Position numbers and translations under genes: made by a program
Assembly: GCA_965287045.1 (NCBI GenBank)
Contig: OZ336878.1
Location: forward strand, 10,230,001-10,294,000
Direction of reading: 5' to 3'
Length of the DNA stretch: 64,000 nt
Origin: Carcharhinus amblyrhynchos
Lineage: Eukaryota
The notes under the pieces: model-generated
Told to the model about the DNA's origin: nothing
The model's database searches: none
The model's input: only the letters and a program-made list of their open reading frames with translations
Part shown: in pieces, positions 1 to 13,240 of the stretch
Layout of the letters: every line of letters begins with the position of its first letter
Numbering within the stretch: the first letter of the stretch is position 1

Positions 1-40
1 GGTTGGGCTCAGAAACAGATCCTATCTTTGACTCTAAGAT

Positions 41-516
41 GAAAATAAAATACTGTGGATGCTGAACATTGAGTTCAACAACTTCAGAGGATGAACTCTC
101 TCCTGCACCTTCACCTCATTTCCATTTATTTTATTTTGTTCTGTTTCATCTTATTTATCCATTTTATCATCCTTCTTTCTCACCTTCACTTTCCATTCCA
201 GCTCTCTTCCCTTTCTCCCCACTCCCCCTTTCAGGGCAACTGCCACATTACTCAGGCAGTCCTTTCACAATCTGCACCTCTGTTCTGCCATTCAAGCATT
301 CTTATCAATTAATGGACATTTTTTTAGCACCTTTCTCAGCCTTCTGTATCTGATTTACATTCTCTTTGCCCCATTCCATCCTCATTCTATAAATCTCTGC
401 TGATTCTCTTTTTTGTCAGTTCTGACAAAGGGCCTTCTAGACGTGAAACATTGGCTTTATTCTCTCCTCACAGATGCTATCAGACTTGTTGAATTATCCA
501 ACATTTTCTGTTTTTG
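41..516 (+). mobile_element. Penelope-like element 3' fragment with inverted terminal piece and degenerate hammerhead motif
   Basis: ORF-end-like NIEFNNFRG* near 64-93, a pyrimidine-rich UTR, then CTGACAA(422-428)...GAAAC(445-449) and a 'cacagatgct..gacttgttga' tail shared with copies at 5561 and 55165(-). Confidence 0.6.
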
Positions 517-649
517 CTCTATCCTTTACGCCTTCCTTTTTCTCCATGCTCCCTCTTAGTGTCATCAGTGTACTGACAGTACCCAGCTCTACCTTACTAT
601 CAGCTCCTTTACCCGTCCACTGTCTCAAAACTGTCAGACCTTTTGTCCA

Positions 650-1640
650 ACACTACTGAATGAGCTGAAATTTCACCCAGCTGAATATAGAAAAGATCAA
701 AGTCAGTGACTTGGGACTTTGCCGCAAGCTCTGTTCCCCAACCACTTTACATTTACTAGAAATTATCAGAGGCTAAATCAGACTGTTTGCAACTTTGATG
801 TTACTTTTACCCCAAGGGCATGATCATGCCATCATTAAAAGACTGTTTCTATCTTTGTAACATCAGTTGATACTGTCCTACCTCAGATTACCTAATGCTG
901 AAGCCCTTATTTATATCACAAACCTGGGGGCATGATTACAAGCTAAACGGCTGGTGAATCTCTGGAATTCTCTGCCTCAAACAGTGGTGGAGGTTGGAAC
1001 ATTACATGTATTTAAAGTAGAGGTGGATAAATATTTGATAGATTAAGAGATAGAGGGCCCTGGGGAAATGGCACAAAAAGAGAGCTGAGGCTGGCGTAGG
1101 TCAGCCATGATCTGATTGAATGACGGGGCAGGCATAAAGGGCCTGATGGCCTGCTCTTGTTTCTATTTCTTGTGCTCTTTGTTATCTCTAGACGTAACTG
1201 TTCCAACACTACTTCGCCAGCCTTCCCCTTTCTACCCTCCACAAACTCTGCTGCCCGTGTCCTAACTGACCAAGTCCTGTTCACAGTTAACCCTGTGTTC
1301 GCTGACCATACGTTGGCTCCTGGTTAAGCAATGCCTCAATTAAAAAAAAATGTAATCTTTATTTTCAAATATCTCCATGGCTCCTCCCTAACCCGAAAGC
1401 CCACATATGTCTGTACTTCTCCAGTTCTAGCCTCTTGAGCATTTCCCACTTAAACTATTGATTAACTGTGTTTACAGATGGCAACTCAAATTCTTCTCCC
1501 AAACCTACCTTCTGAATCAGGTTTTTGGTCATTTGCTCTAATTTTCAGTTATGGCTCTGTTTAATTTTCTTTGAAGTGTCTTGGGTTGCTTTATAATGGC
1601 ATGGCAAAGACATTGATATAAAGACCAGTTCTTGTTCCAA
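650..1640 (+). mobile_element. Degenerate L2-like LINE 3' remnant interrupted by a CR1 3' end (about 945-1180)
   Basis: 'tctctagacgtaactgttccaac' resembles the L2 SRLDYSN motif; the CR1 3' end reads 'gtgaatctctggaattctctgcc...gatggcctgctcttg'. Confidence 0.5.
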
Positions 1641-4343
1641 AGATTTTACTTTGAAAAAATGTAGATTTGGGATCAATTTTTGTTTATCCATTCATGTCTA
1701 TTCCTAATCGCTCTTGAACTGAGTGGCTTGTGAGGTCATTTAAGGGTATTTAAGAGTGAACCAACCACATTGTTGTGGATCTGGAGTCACAAGTAGGCCA
1801 GACCAGGTAAGGATGGCAAGTTTCCTTCCCTAAGGACATTAATGAACCAGGTGGGTTTTTATGACAATAGAGAGTGGTAACATAGTCATCGTTAAAGTTT
1901 TGATTGCAGATTTTTATTGAATTTGAATGATATGTGTGTCTCTTGATTACTACTTCAGTGACAATACCACTGCCCCAACTCATCCTGAGGCCAGTGTTTT
2001 TGCAGTACAAACCAAGTATTGGCATCCAGCCTGTGACTATAAGTGAGAATTTTCCCAAAAATATGCTCAAATTTATCTGGTGAAGTGGAATTGCTGTGAA
2101 CAAATTAACAAGTGCAAACATGTCACATTCTCTGATTTACAGCAGCACTGCATTGTTGCCTCATATTTTTGCCTCAAGTGCTTCCTTCTAAAGCATGTGC
2201 ATTTACAGCCGAGAGATTTATGAACTTAATTGGCATTTTAAGAATTTTTGCGATTAAAATCCTGAAAGATTGATATTGAAACAACTTTGGCATTCAGGCA
2301 TAAATCAATAATGAGATTAGTCATTTGTACTTTTTTGAGATTGGCTTTAGCTATGAAATGGCTAGTGTGTGCTAACACCACATCTGAAATCAGATGTTAT
2401 GGTGTTGACAGCACCACGTATGTAGTGAAAAATAGAAATGGTAAACAGAGTTTTTCCACGAAATGGTATGCAGGTATTCAGCACCTTAAGTAAGCTTTTG
2501 ATTTGAGAGTGTTCAGTTCTCTGTCCTTGCAAGTGAAGTGCTGGAGATAGAAAGAAAGGAAAACATCCAGAAGCACTTTTATGGGTGTACAATTTTCCAG
2601 TGGCACCATTATCCTTTGTGGGGCAGCCTAGAACTATAGGGCACAATTTAAACATGGGGGAGTGGGGTGGTTTCCCGTCCCACCTGCCATGGGAATCATA
2701 GGAGGGGAGGGGGGAACCATACAAAGGCCTGTGACTGACCTCAGGCTGGATTTTCTGGCTTTGGGGCGAGGGCAGTTGAAAAATCCTGCCGTCCTATGTG
2801 GTCTCCCATTTAAGACCCATGATGAGGAGAATTTTCTCTAGAGTGTTGCTAATCTGTAGAATTCTCTTTCCCAGTGAGCAGTGGAGGTTGGTTTATTAGA
2901 GTGAGTTAGATAGATTTTTAATAGTTAAGAAAGTCAAGGATTCTGTCGGGCAAACTGATAAGTAGAGTTGAGACCACAGTCTTATTGAATGCTCAAGGGG
3001 GCTGAATGCCCTACTCGTTCTTGCATTACATTTAGTGCAATTATTTGTCCTTTTCCATCACCTTTACGTGTAAGGAGTCACAGCAAACACCACTGGAAGA
3101 AATCAAGCTAAGAAATCCAGAACATACTACAGTGCTGCAATAAAAACGGTTTTCATTCATAAAAACAGTGGTTGAGTTCAAAATGTTGACTTGGAAATAG
3201 GGTTTTAATGTGTTACTTGGATTGAGTTACTTTTATTGCAATAACTTAGCTAGATAATCCATTAAATCCTCCTAAAATGTCCAGATTTGAGCTGTCATGT
3301 TCAATCCACGCCAGTAGATGGTGTGATGAACCATTTGCTAGCATTTATGATTCATTCATTCAGAAACTGCGATTGTAGCCTACATCTGCTTAGTTTCTGT
3401 ACAGTTTGGTCACAGGTCACAGTGCTTTTAGAAGCAGTAGATCCATGGTCGCACATGCAGTAGGGGATGAGAAGTTTGTCTTGCATCAGTTTAATGAAAT
3501 TGCAGTCATAGCCATTGTTCTGCGATCTTTCCATATGTCATCATGCTTGCTGATATGAGAGCATGGCATATTCTCAACATCTTATTTGATGCACCAGTAT
3601 TATTGAGCAGAAAGTGATTGTTCTAAAGAGGAATTTATCTTCATTATCACCAAGGAAGTCTAAGCACATCACCTGTTTGTGAGCGTATCACCTGTTTGTG
3701 GATATATCAATTTGCAATGGATCTTCATTAAAGCATCTTTTGTGGTTCATAAGATTTTTTTGGTCTACATCAAAAGCACAGATTTTCAGTTTTGAGGCTC
3801 AAGCTTCTTTCCTGTGAAAGGGGATCTTTTAGTGCTAAAACAGTCCCTAGTGCTGGTGGATATTTCTAACTTTCATTTGGAATATTATTTGGAAAAACTA
3901 CAGTGGTTGCTACATTGGAAGTGGAATTAGTGCAATGCAAAATGCCCATTATTAACCTTTCTAACTTTCTAACAGAAAAAAATCAAAATTTGGTGAAAAA
4001 GAAAAGCACTAAGGCTGGAGATTAATTCCTTTGTGTCCATTATTTATTCCTTTCCCTTCCCCTTACTTCCTGCTACCATTGCAACTGGTGTTTTAGTTTA
4101 TTCCTTCATTGGATCTGAACGCCATTGGCAAGGCCAACATTTATCCCTCACCCCTGAGCCGGTGCCATATTAATGGAGCAAAAAGTTCCTATATTTTGGA
4201 TTACCAGCCTCCTCCACATGCGCACCAACACTTGGGATTCACCATCTCTAAATGGCTTCTGGCACCCTTAGAACTGTGCTGTGAGTTGGGAAGAAATGAT
4301 TTTGTGTCATCTTAAAAACACTTTGATTGTGTTCTTACTACAG

Positions 4344-4434
4344 ATTGCAGCAAAAATTGGAGGGGATACAGGAACACCAATAAATACGTCTGACTATGGA
4401 TACGGTGGACAAAAAAGGCCTCTGGAAGATGGAG
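4344..4434 (+). CDS. FUBP1: FUBP1 coding exon 2 ([30 protein letters not shown])
   Basis: cag|ATT...GGAG|gtgagt, 91 nt; matches the FUBP1 N-terminal sequence. Confidence 0.95.
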
Positions 4435-5550
4435 GTGAGTCGTGGCAAATTATCTTATCCTCTTTAAGTTCATCAATAGGTTTAATCTGATATTGTATCA
4501 TGGGTTACTTTTTGGGGAGAATCATCGTTGGTAAATCATGATTTACCATATAAGCAATTTTAAAATTTGACTTGATATGTTTATGCAAATGATGGAATGA
4601 CATCAAATAACTAGCTCCTTTAAGAATAAAAAGTGCATCATGGATAGTTATGTCAAAATTCAGTCATTTTATGACGGAATGAGGACTTGCATTATTTTCA
4701 GAGTTATACTTGCTGCAGGAGGTGAAGGGGGTTACTGTGCAGTATTTGTTTTGGTGCACTCATTTTAGAGGTCTAAGGTTTCATAAAGATGGAGCAATTC
4801 AGATTATCCCATCAGTGACACTTGCACAAATAGCCTGATCCACACAGGTCAACATTTTAAATGATTTTGTTCTAGCTGTGTGGAAAAGGCATCTTCCACA
4901 TTGATGCCAGTTGCTTTGCATTAATTTTTTACTTTCAAATTTCTGAAATCTATGAACAATGCTGGACTTCTTCAGTTTTGCCATAATTAGTTAGGCTGCA
5001 CCATTCATTCTGCTGTGAGAGTATTCACTGCGATCTACTTCTTTGTAATGTCATAATAGCTTTTATTCACTCTTGATTCAAAAGATTGTTAGGGGTCAGT
5101 TTGAAGATTAAGGCAAAATAGAACCTAATTGTTCCATTTCACAATAGCTCTTCATTCTTTGCTCTGGAGTTTTTGGGGGGTCATTTTCAGGATCAGTGCA
5201 CAATCTTCTTGCCTTTTTTGCTTAGCAACATAACAGTTTTAACCAAAGGAGGAGTCTTGGTGACACTCAAGTCAGCCGTTGTAACTTGTTGTTGAATGTG
5301 TAGATATGACTGTTGGGCAAGTCTAAAGGTGAAAGTGAGCAAGCACTAGGAGGGGCACTTTCTGTTTTGAAGGCGGGAAATGATTTGCTTTGATGGACAT
5401 AGCAATAATTTCGGTGGTGATGGTGTTCTGATGCTGGCAGGTAATACATGGGTAAAAATATAGTCACCAGTTTGCACACTGGCCTAACATGGTGCTTAAT
5501 TTTTAATGATTTGTGCTATGTTCTAGGGGTTAGGGGATTTTCACAGTAAC

Positions 5551-5695
5551 TTGTCAAAGGTTTGACAAAGGGTCATCTGGCTCGAAACGTCAGCTCTTTT
5601 CCCTCCTTACGGATGCTGCCGGACTTGCTGAGATTTTCCAGCATTTTCTCTTTGGGTTTCAGATTCTAGCATCAGCAGTATTTTGCTTTTATTAT
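5551..5695 (+). mobile_element. Penelope-like terminal repeat fragment carrying a minimal hammerhead ribozyme motif
   Basis: TTGACAA-A-GGGTC atct GGCTC-GAAA-CGTC followed by the family tail; short inverted copy ttgtcaaa at 5551-5558. Confidence 0.65.
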
Positions 5696-6664
5696 TTTAT
5701 TGAATATTGCAATTCTGTGGTTAAATAATTAATTTTCTTCAATAAATCTGATTCAGTCCACCTACATTTCCCAAAGTATAAGAATCAGAATAGACTTTAT
5801 TCTAATTTGCAACACTTCTTGTGCTGGAGAAAGATGCTGACAAATTCTCATAGTAGGGCCATCCTTCCCCTGTTACAGAAACTCGATCAAACTAGAGAGC
5901 TGTGGGGGCATTAATTTTGAGTTCTTTGTCAGTTTTGTTACTGAAGCTGCTCTTCAAACCTGATGTAGAGAGAAGGAAAATCTCCTAGGACAGTAAGAGT
6001 GAGATGCTGGTCCTGGGATTGGTAGTGCACCATTTTGTGTCTTGACCTGTGTGTATCCACTTTATGGGGATGATTACAATTTATACTGAGATCACCAGCT
6101 GAGTGTGCTAAGTGTATTTGGTGGAACATTGCTTCTGGCTGCTAAATTTTGTGTGTGGGTACAAGGGCTTTCTTGGAACATAAAAAAACTTCAAGTTTGT
6201 GGGCCTCCTGATCCTATAGCATTTTTTAACCTGGTTTGAGATTGCAGTGAATCCCAAGCTGGACCCTCAGATCCCTGGGTCGGACCCATAGTTTTTAAAT
6301 AAACTCTAAGTGCATTGCTACCATTTGGATATAAGTGTGGCTATCATTTGGTTATAGTTTCTATCTTTTGTACCCTCATATTTAAACTGCTTTTAGAGCT
6401 GCCTGCACCTTTTAAGGGTTCTCATGACTGCTTGATTCTACTCATTTGTAATGCAAAAATGTTTTTTCTGTTATTTGGGACATAAAGCCATTTAAAATCT
6501 CCAACTCTCTTATTTCAAAGTTACTAATTTTCACTTAATCTAATTTATTGGCTGATGTATTGTTTTAAAGATGAAAGTTGATTGGCCTCTTCACAGTGAT
6601 TGTGTTTTCTGTGGTGCAGTTGACCAGCTATTTGCATCAGTTGAAAAAATTCTTTGTTTTGCAG

Positions 6665-6700
6665 ATCAGCCAGATACCAAAAAGGTCGCACAGAATGACC
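6665..6700 (+). CDS. FUBP1: FUBP1 exon 3 (DQPDTKKVAQND)
   Basis: gcag|ATC...GACC|gtaagt, 36 nt, phase 1-1. Confidence 0.92.
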
Positions 6701-7839
6701 GTAAGTAGTGCTATTCCGGCAGAAGCTTCTGTCTTTGTCAATCATATCAGGATGGGATTCTTTCCCACTCATTTTCTTTATGAATGTTAAGTGGTTACTC
6801 CCTCTGTTTTCTGAACAAAATTTATGTGAGCACTTCAGATAATTCTGATATATGTATCCAAAGTATGTACAAACCACTTGAGTTAAGAGAATCACATTAG
6901 GTTAGATTGCTGCTGTTGAAGAAGTGATGCCAGCACAGATACAAGGGTATAATGGCCTTCCCTTGATTCTATTATGGGAGTATCATGTACTTAAAACTTT
7001 AAATTAGTTAAAACCTTTTGCAGGTCTTTTGATATAGGCATTGGAATATCTATTTTCCCAAAATAGATTGAGTTGATTGAACATGCTCTGCCACTTAGTT
7101 TACAAAATAGCATCACAACTATGTCCGGGTAATAGCAGTGTGCGGGGAAAAAAAACTAGAAATCCTGAAAATCAGCTCACGGTCATTATAACATTAACAT
7201 TAAAAAGTAATTTTAGGTTTAAAAATAATTAAAATAATGTATTTGTGGGCCACCACTGTTTTCACCAAAGTCATGTTCACAAAATAAGAATCCAACCATT
7301 ATAGTTCGAGAATTTGATTTCCGTTTGGAAATAACAGTTCGTATTGGATTCATATCTTAAATGACTCAAGTGAACCTTCTCTGTATTGCTAATGCAATTA
7401 TATCTGTTTTCAAATAAGGAAGCTAAAACTGTACACAGTACTGCACGTGTGGTCTTGCCACTTCCCTGTACAATTGTAGCAACACTGCTACTTTTATACA
7501 CCATTATCTACTTTTGTATGCCATTATCCTTGCAATAAATGCCAACTTTCGATTTGCCTCCTAAATCACTTGATGTATCTGCGTACTAATGTTTTGTGAT
7601 TACCAGATCAGCCAGATCCCTTTGTACCAACGCGTTCTGAAAACTCTCTCCAATTACATAGTGCTCTGCTGTATTGTCTTTCATCTGACCTGAATTCCAT
7701 TTCCTCAGTGAGAATAAATGTGTTCTACAAAATAAGGCTCTCAACTCATTTTGTGAGCCTTATTTTGTCTTCCAGCTTTAACAAAATTTGTCTAAGTTTC
7801 TATCTTTGTATGCTTCATTAATTAGTTGAGAGAAAAAAG

Positions 7840-7975
7840 TCTTTGTCTAATCCATTTATGTCTTCAGGGGATCCCAGAATGCTTTTCAGATAATGAAGTA
7901 CTTTTGAAGTGCCATTGGTATTGTAGAAAGTGCTGCAGCCAGTTTGTGCACAGCAACATCCCACAGATAGGAATG
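7840..7975 (-). mobile_element. Deu-domain SINE (SacSINE1/AmnSINE1-like) fragment
   Basis: Reverse complement of the 'gtgggatgttgctgtgcacaaactggctgc...cacttcaaaagtacttca' Deu-type tail. Confidence 0.55.
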
Positions 7976-8682
7976 TGTTCTTACAGTGAGAAGATCATGG
8001 AATTTCAATTTCCTACATCCTCTGACCAGAGTTCTCTTGCTTTTAACTAAATGGTCACTCTTGTCAGGCCAGTCTTGCCTTACCTACTGTGTTGCCTTTT
8101 CCTGTGAGCGGATGAATTGCACTGAGTTACTGGAAGTTTAATGAGCAAAAATATTTGCATTTAGCTGTCTACTTTGCAAGGTGCTTCTGTATAAATGCAG
8201 CGTGCACTGTCACTCAGTTGGAAACTTGCCAGCTGAAGAGTGGCATGATTAAGAAACTGGTAATGAAATTGTGTCTCCACTAGAGTCTAAGAACCAATGA
8301 AGCCAATAAGGCATTCAAGAAAAATGTTGCCTAGATAATGGTTACAGTATGGAACCTACGACAGAGTACTGAAGATGAATACAATAGATACATGAATGGG
8401 GAAGTTTGACAAGCATGTGAAGTGAAAAAGAATGATATGCAAACATAGTTTTGACATATGGCGGGCAGAGACTTGTGTGGAGCATAGACAGAACCACAGA
8501 ACTGTTAGGTTGTATGGGCCTAATGTAAATTCTAAGCAGGGTGCTCCATAAAATCGATACAAGTGTAATTCATGTTATTTAACTGACCTTTTCATGCTAT
8601 GCATTTTCTTATGTTTAATTATCTTTCTGTTTTTATAGTGATTGACAGATTGTTGGTTAATATTTATTTTTTCCTCTTCAAG

Positions 8683-8719
8683 CATTTGGAGCACAGCTAG
8701 CTGCAATGCATCAACAGAG
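8683..8719 (+). CDS. FUBP1: FUBP1 exon 4 (PFGAQLAAMHQQR)
   Basis: caag|CAT...AGAG|gtagga, 37 nt, frame-consistent. Confidence 0.9.
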
Positions 8720-9011
8720 GTAGGAAAAAAAATTATGTTTTTATACAGTGGATCGTAAGATATTGCTTCATACTTGTGAATGTATCATGTCATTTTATGT
8801 GTCTTAGATAATTCACTTGATAAGATTTATTAAAACCAGCGCTGTGTGATATAGTTTCATCACTGTTTAAGTTAAATAGCTACAAAATGATTATATTACA
8901 GAGAAGCAACAAGTGGTACATTTTGATAGAAAGGATGAAGTGAGGCAATATAACGAGTACTATTAGAAAGGTTGATGCCAGGATAGGGAGTTTCTGTGCA
9001 GAAAGGTTGAA

Positions 9012-9293
9012 GGTGGCAAGGCAGGTTGAGTAGTTAAGGAGGCAGTGCCAGAAACCAGGGGTCAATCCTGGCCTTGGGTGGCTGCCTGTGTGAAGTGTGC
9101 ACATTCTCCCCATGTCTGTGTGGGTTTCCTCCCACAGTCCAAAGATGTGCAGGTTAGGTGGATTGGCCATGGTCAAAGTGCGGGGTTGCAGGGATAGAGC
9201 AGGGAAGTGGGCCTGGAGAGTGCTCTTTCAGAGGTTAGTGCAGACTCAATGTGTCAACTGGTCTCCTTCTGTATTGTAGAGATTCTATGACTC
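9012..9293 (+). mobile_element. tRNA-derived V-SINE (HE1-like)
   Basis: Central 'cacattctccccatgtctgtgtgggtttcctcccacagtccaaagatgtgcaggttagg' and a 'gattctatga' tail. Confidence 0.8.
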
Positions 9294-9409
9294 TGTGGAG
9301 CCACATAGTATCTTAAGCTTAAGCAGAGGCAAGGAGACTACAAAGGCAAAGAATTTATGAACAACTTTCTTTTGCACTGACACAGCCTCAATTGGAAGAT
9401 TGTGCTCTT

Positions 9410-9890
9410 TTCTGGACATTTATTTCTGGGAGAATATGAAGGCTTTAAAGGGAGTGCAGAAAGGATTTAAGAAAATGAGGGATTTCAGTTGAGTGGGTAG
9501 ATTGGAAAAGCTGAAGTTATTCTTAAGAGAAAGTTGAGAGGAGATTTCATTGGTGGTACTCAATCATGAAGGGTCCAGAAAGGATAGATTGGAGAAACTG
9601 TTCCCTTCTGCAGAAGGGTTGAGACCAGGAAAGCACTGATTAATGGTATTTGATCAAGCCAGAAATAATAAGTGAAAAAAACCTATTTAGCAGTTGAGTG
9701 GTTAAGATGTGGAATGCACAAGTTAAGGCGGTGGTTGGGGTGCATACAATTGTGGCTTTTACAAGGGAATTGGAAAAGCACTTTGAGAGAAAAGGTTTGC
9801 AAGACTGAGTTATGGGCAAAGGAGTGAGTCTAGCTGAGATCTTACAGAAAATTGACACAGATACAGTGGGCGAAAAGGCCTCTTCTAGGC
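9410..9890 (+). mobile_element. Degenerate CR1 LINE 3' fragment
   Basis: Decayed ALEGVQRRF / LRGD / RVVKMWNA-coding sequence. Confidence 0.6.
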
Positions 9891-10818
9891 TTGAAAAATA
9901 AAATAAATCACTAAATATAAGATAACACTTGGCTTTTCAAAAAAAAGGTAAAGTGCAAGTTGTACATTCCTAAATGCTTACAGTAATATTAAATGATGTT
10001 TAAAATAAATTTAAAAGTAATAAAAGAAATACAATGTTTGGTACATACGGATGATATTAAAAGATGCACTCACCTGATTTTGAATTGACTGGGTCCTATC
10101 TAGCAGCAGAAGTTGTTGGGTGCAGGTAACGGTCCCTGGACTTGAGATGTTTTTATGACCTTAGAGGGAAATGGAAGGGGGGGGCAAAAGGAGCTGGTTG
10201 AAGAAATCTCTGGTGGTAGCAAGAATATTTCTGTTACAATCTAATTTGTTGCATAGTTCAAATAAATTGACTCAATCAAGTGATTTTAAAAGATGTGCAT
10301 CATAAAGGTTGCGCAACAGCAGTGGACGTTTTGGTTAAGATGGGGTTGCCCTTGCATAACTTTATCCAAATGACAGCCTTTGGTGTATGAGTATGGAACG
10401 TTGGGAAGCGACATCACAGCTGAGTAAAATTCTGCTCAGATTGATATCTGCATTTGCCCTGTTTCTGGTAGCAGTCACTGTGTTGCTAACCTGATTGAAT
10501 TTGATTTTTCAGTACTCTTGCAGCTCCTACTACGATAGCTATATAAATCAGATGAAGCAAACCTGAGATGTTGCTGATCTGTCTGCCTCATATTTGGTGC
10601 TATAACAAATTAAATAACTGGGGAAACCAGGGCCTGGATGGATGGGGTTGTGGTCGGTGTGGTCTCGTTTGGCTGAATGGCCGCCTTCTGCACTGTAGGC
10701 ATTCTATGATTTTATGCAGTGGCTGAGAACTCATTGGAGAGTGACTGCTGTAAACTGCAAAACAACTAAATGCTGGACAAACTGTTGGGTAATTTCTGAA
10801 TTTTTCTATAAAATTTAG

Positions 10819-10868
10819 GTCAATAGCCACAGAGGAATACAAAGTACCTGACGGCATGGTTGGATTTA
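10819..10868 (+). CDS. FUBP1: FUBP1 exon 5 (SIATEEYKVPDGMVGF), start of KH1
   Basis: ttag|GTC...TTTA|gtaagt, 50 nt. Confidence 0.95.
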
Positions 10869-11154
10869 GTAAGTTAATTTATAAGTTATTTAGTTTTGAT
10901 TATATCACATATATACTGATGACAAGTGGCTCGATTTCTTGACCCCCTCCACTGCTTCAGTGTCATCCTGCTTACCTGACATCCAATCTTTGAACCTTGA
11001 TTATCTTTGGAAAAGACTGAAGCTATCTTTGAGGGCCCTTGCTGCAAACTTCCTGCCTTTAATACAGACTAGTAATATCACCAGCTGCAGTCTTTAGCTG
11101 AGTCAGATGGCTGGTCCCTTGGCTGAACATGTGATTCCATGGCCAGAGAATGGC

Positions 11155-11368
11155 AAACCTGTGGAACTCTTTGCCATAGAAGGCTGTGGAGGCCAGGTCA
11201 TTGAGTGTTTTGAGATAGAGGTAGATAGGTTCTTGATTAATAAGGGAATCAGGGGTATGGGGAAAAGGCAGGAGAATGAGGATGAGAAAAATATCGCCCA
11301 TGATTGAATGGCGGAGCAGACTCAATAGGCCAAGCGGCCTAATTCTGCTCCTATCTATGTCTTATGGT
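11155..11368 (+). mobile_element. CR1 LINE 3' end
   Basis: 'ctgtggaactct...ggcctaattctgctcctat...cttatgg' tail. Confidence 0.7.
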
Positions 11369-11439
11369 TCTCCTCTATGACTCTCAACTTCTACCTCTGT
11401 AATAACACCTGCCTCTGCCCATCTGATGTTCAAGTTTAG

Positions 11440-12090
11440 CATCCACCTTTTCCACAACAGCCCCTGAAAAATATTGGTTTGAACGCCAAAAAATTAGTCA
11501 AAGGTGGTTTCATTTTCACAAAACCATGTTGACTTTGCTTGATTGTGTTGAGAGTTGAAGTGTCCCCCATGACATCCTTAATAATTGACGTTAAACTAAT
11601 TTGCTTGTAGTTTTCTGCTTTCTGTCTCCCTCCTTTTTGAAGACTCGCGTTCAGTATTTTCAAATCTGATGAAACGGTTCCAGCATCTCTGGGATTTTGG
11701 AAAATTAAAACCAATGCATCTACTATTCTAGCATCCACTCCTTTTAAGACCCTCAGGTGAAGTCCATCAGGACAGTTGTTATAATTTTCTTTGTACCTTT
11801 CCCTTATAATTGTTAATGTTACAAGTTCTTCCCTCCATTTCACATGATTCACAGTTAATCCTGGGTTATTTGTATATTCCATGGTGAAGATGGATGCAAA
11901 ATATCTGTTCAATTCATCCACCATTTCCTTATTTTTCCATTATGAGCTCCCCCATTCTCATTTAAGAGGACTGACGTTCACTTTACTTAATCATTTCCTT
12001 TTTAAATACCTTGCTATCTGCTTTATTTCTAGCTAGCTTTCCCTCGTACTTGTAAATTTCTCCATCCTTATTAATCATTTGGTCATTCTT
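11440..12090 (-). mobile_element. Degenerate CR1 ORF2 internal fragment
   Basis: ORF 11436-11924(-) has ELNRYFASIFT, PDGLHLRVLK, KGGRQKAENY, QSQHGF. Confidence 0.75.
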
Positions 12091-12322
12091 TGGTCAGAAT
12101 ATAAAGAAGAACAAACTTCTGATCTGCTTAAATCAGAGCAGGAAGAGTTGATGGCTGAAACAAACTGCACCCAAGCCTCACGCCTTCCTTTCATGACTTG
12201 TGTGCATATCCTATTTCCGGGGTTTCACTTGATCTGGTTGTGACCTTCCCACGTCCAGCATTGTCACAAGTGAGATCAGTTAACTCAGTGTCAGTCAAAC
12301 CTCCAAAGGAAATTCCTTAATA

Positions 12323-12801
12323 GCAGCACAATGGTCAGTATTGCTACATCGCAGTGTCAGGGACCTGGGTTCGATTCTGCCTTCAATGACTATGTAGAGC
12401 TAGCCCATTCTCCCCATGTCTGTGTGGGTTTCCTCTGGGTGCTCACACTCCAAAGATGTGTAGGTTAGGTGGATTAGTGGGGCATCGATGGCACAGTGGT
12501 TAGCACTGCTGCCTCAGAGCACCAGGTACCTGGCACTGTGGTCACTGTCTGTGTGGAATCTGCACATTCTTCCCATGTCTGCACGGTTGTCCTCTGGATG
12601 CTCCAGTTTCCTCCCACAGTACGAAAGATTGCTGGGGGATTTTCACATTAACTTCACTGCAGTGCTAATGTAAGCCTATTTGTGACACTAATAAGTAAAC
12701 CTTTAAATACGTGGGATGGCCCTGAGTAAGATGTTCTGTCCGAGAATCGGTGCAGACATGATGGGCTGAATGGCTGCCTTCTGCACTGTAAGAATTCTAT
12801 G
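12323..12801 (+). mobile_element. V-SINE with a second SINE nested inside (about 12479-12703)
   Basis: Outer head and core break at 'gttaggtggattagt'; the inner SINE ends 'gtgacactaataagtaaac'; the outer tail resumes to 'gaattctatg'. Confidence 0.7.
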
Positions 12802-13048
12802 GACGCTTGAGGGAAAAAGTCTGATGGAAACTTTCTATAAATTAACAGGCATTTTGAACCTCGGTGTATGGAGTATTAGAGACAGATAGGTATGCTCGTC
12901 AAAGGTTATTCTATTGGTTCTGAGTCAATGCAGAAAAGTAAAGACTGCTGTCGTTAATACATGTTGAATGTTTCAGTAGTTTGTGTGGCACATGTATCTT
13001 GGTCTGAAATATATGCTAGATAAGAGTAAGAAAATCCAATCTCTTCAC

Positions 13049-13240
13049 CAACCACCACTAACTACCCTGACCTTAACCAAACCCCCAGCATCTCTACCAC
13101 TACCCTGACCTTAACCATCCCCTAGCATCTCTACCACTACCCTGACCTTAACCAACCCTGAGCATCTCCACCACTACCCTCAGCATCTCCACCACTACCC
13201 TGACTCTTCACTAGCCTCCAGTACCCCCACCATTACCTTG
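13049..13240. repeat. Minisatellite, unit about 34-35 bp (ctaccactaccctgaccttaacca..cc.agcatct), 3 copies plus degenerate partials
   Basis: Direct repeats visible in the sequence. Confidence 0.85.

Noticed and set aside
2640-2790. MITE-like inverted ends (ggctggattttc...gaaaaatcctgcc)
   Set aside because: Too short and degenerate to assign, with no TSD seen.
12488-12673. Short ORFs such as MAQWLALLP... recurring across the window, and tRNA genes at SINE heads
   Set aside because: They are translations of SINE copies; the heads have A/B boxes but no complete cloverleaf.
13049-13240. Interstitial telomeric repeat
   Set aside because: C-rich minisatellite without tandem CCCTAA units.
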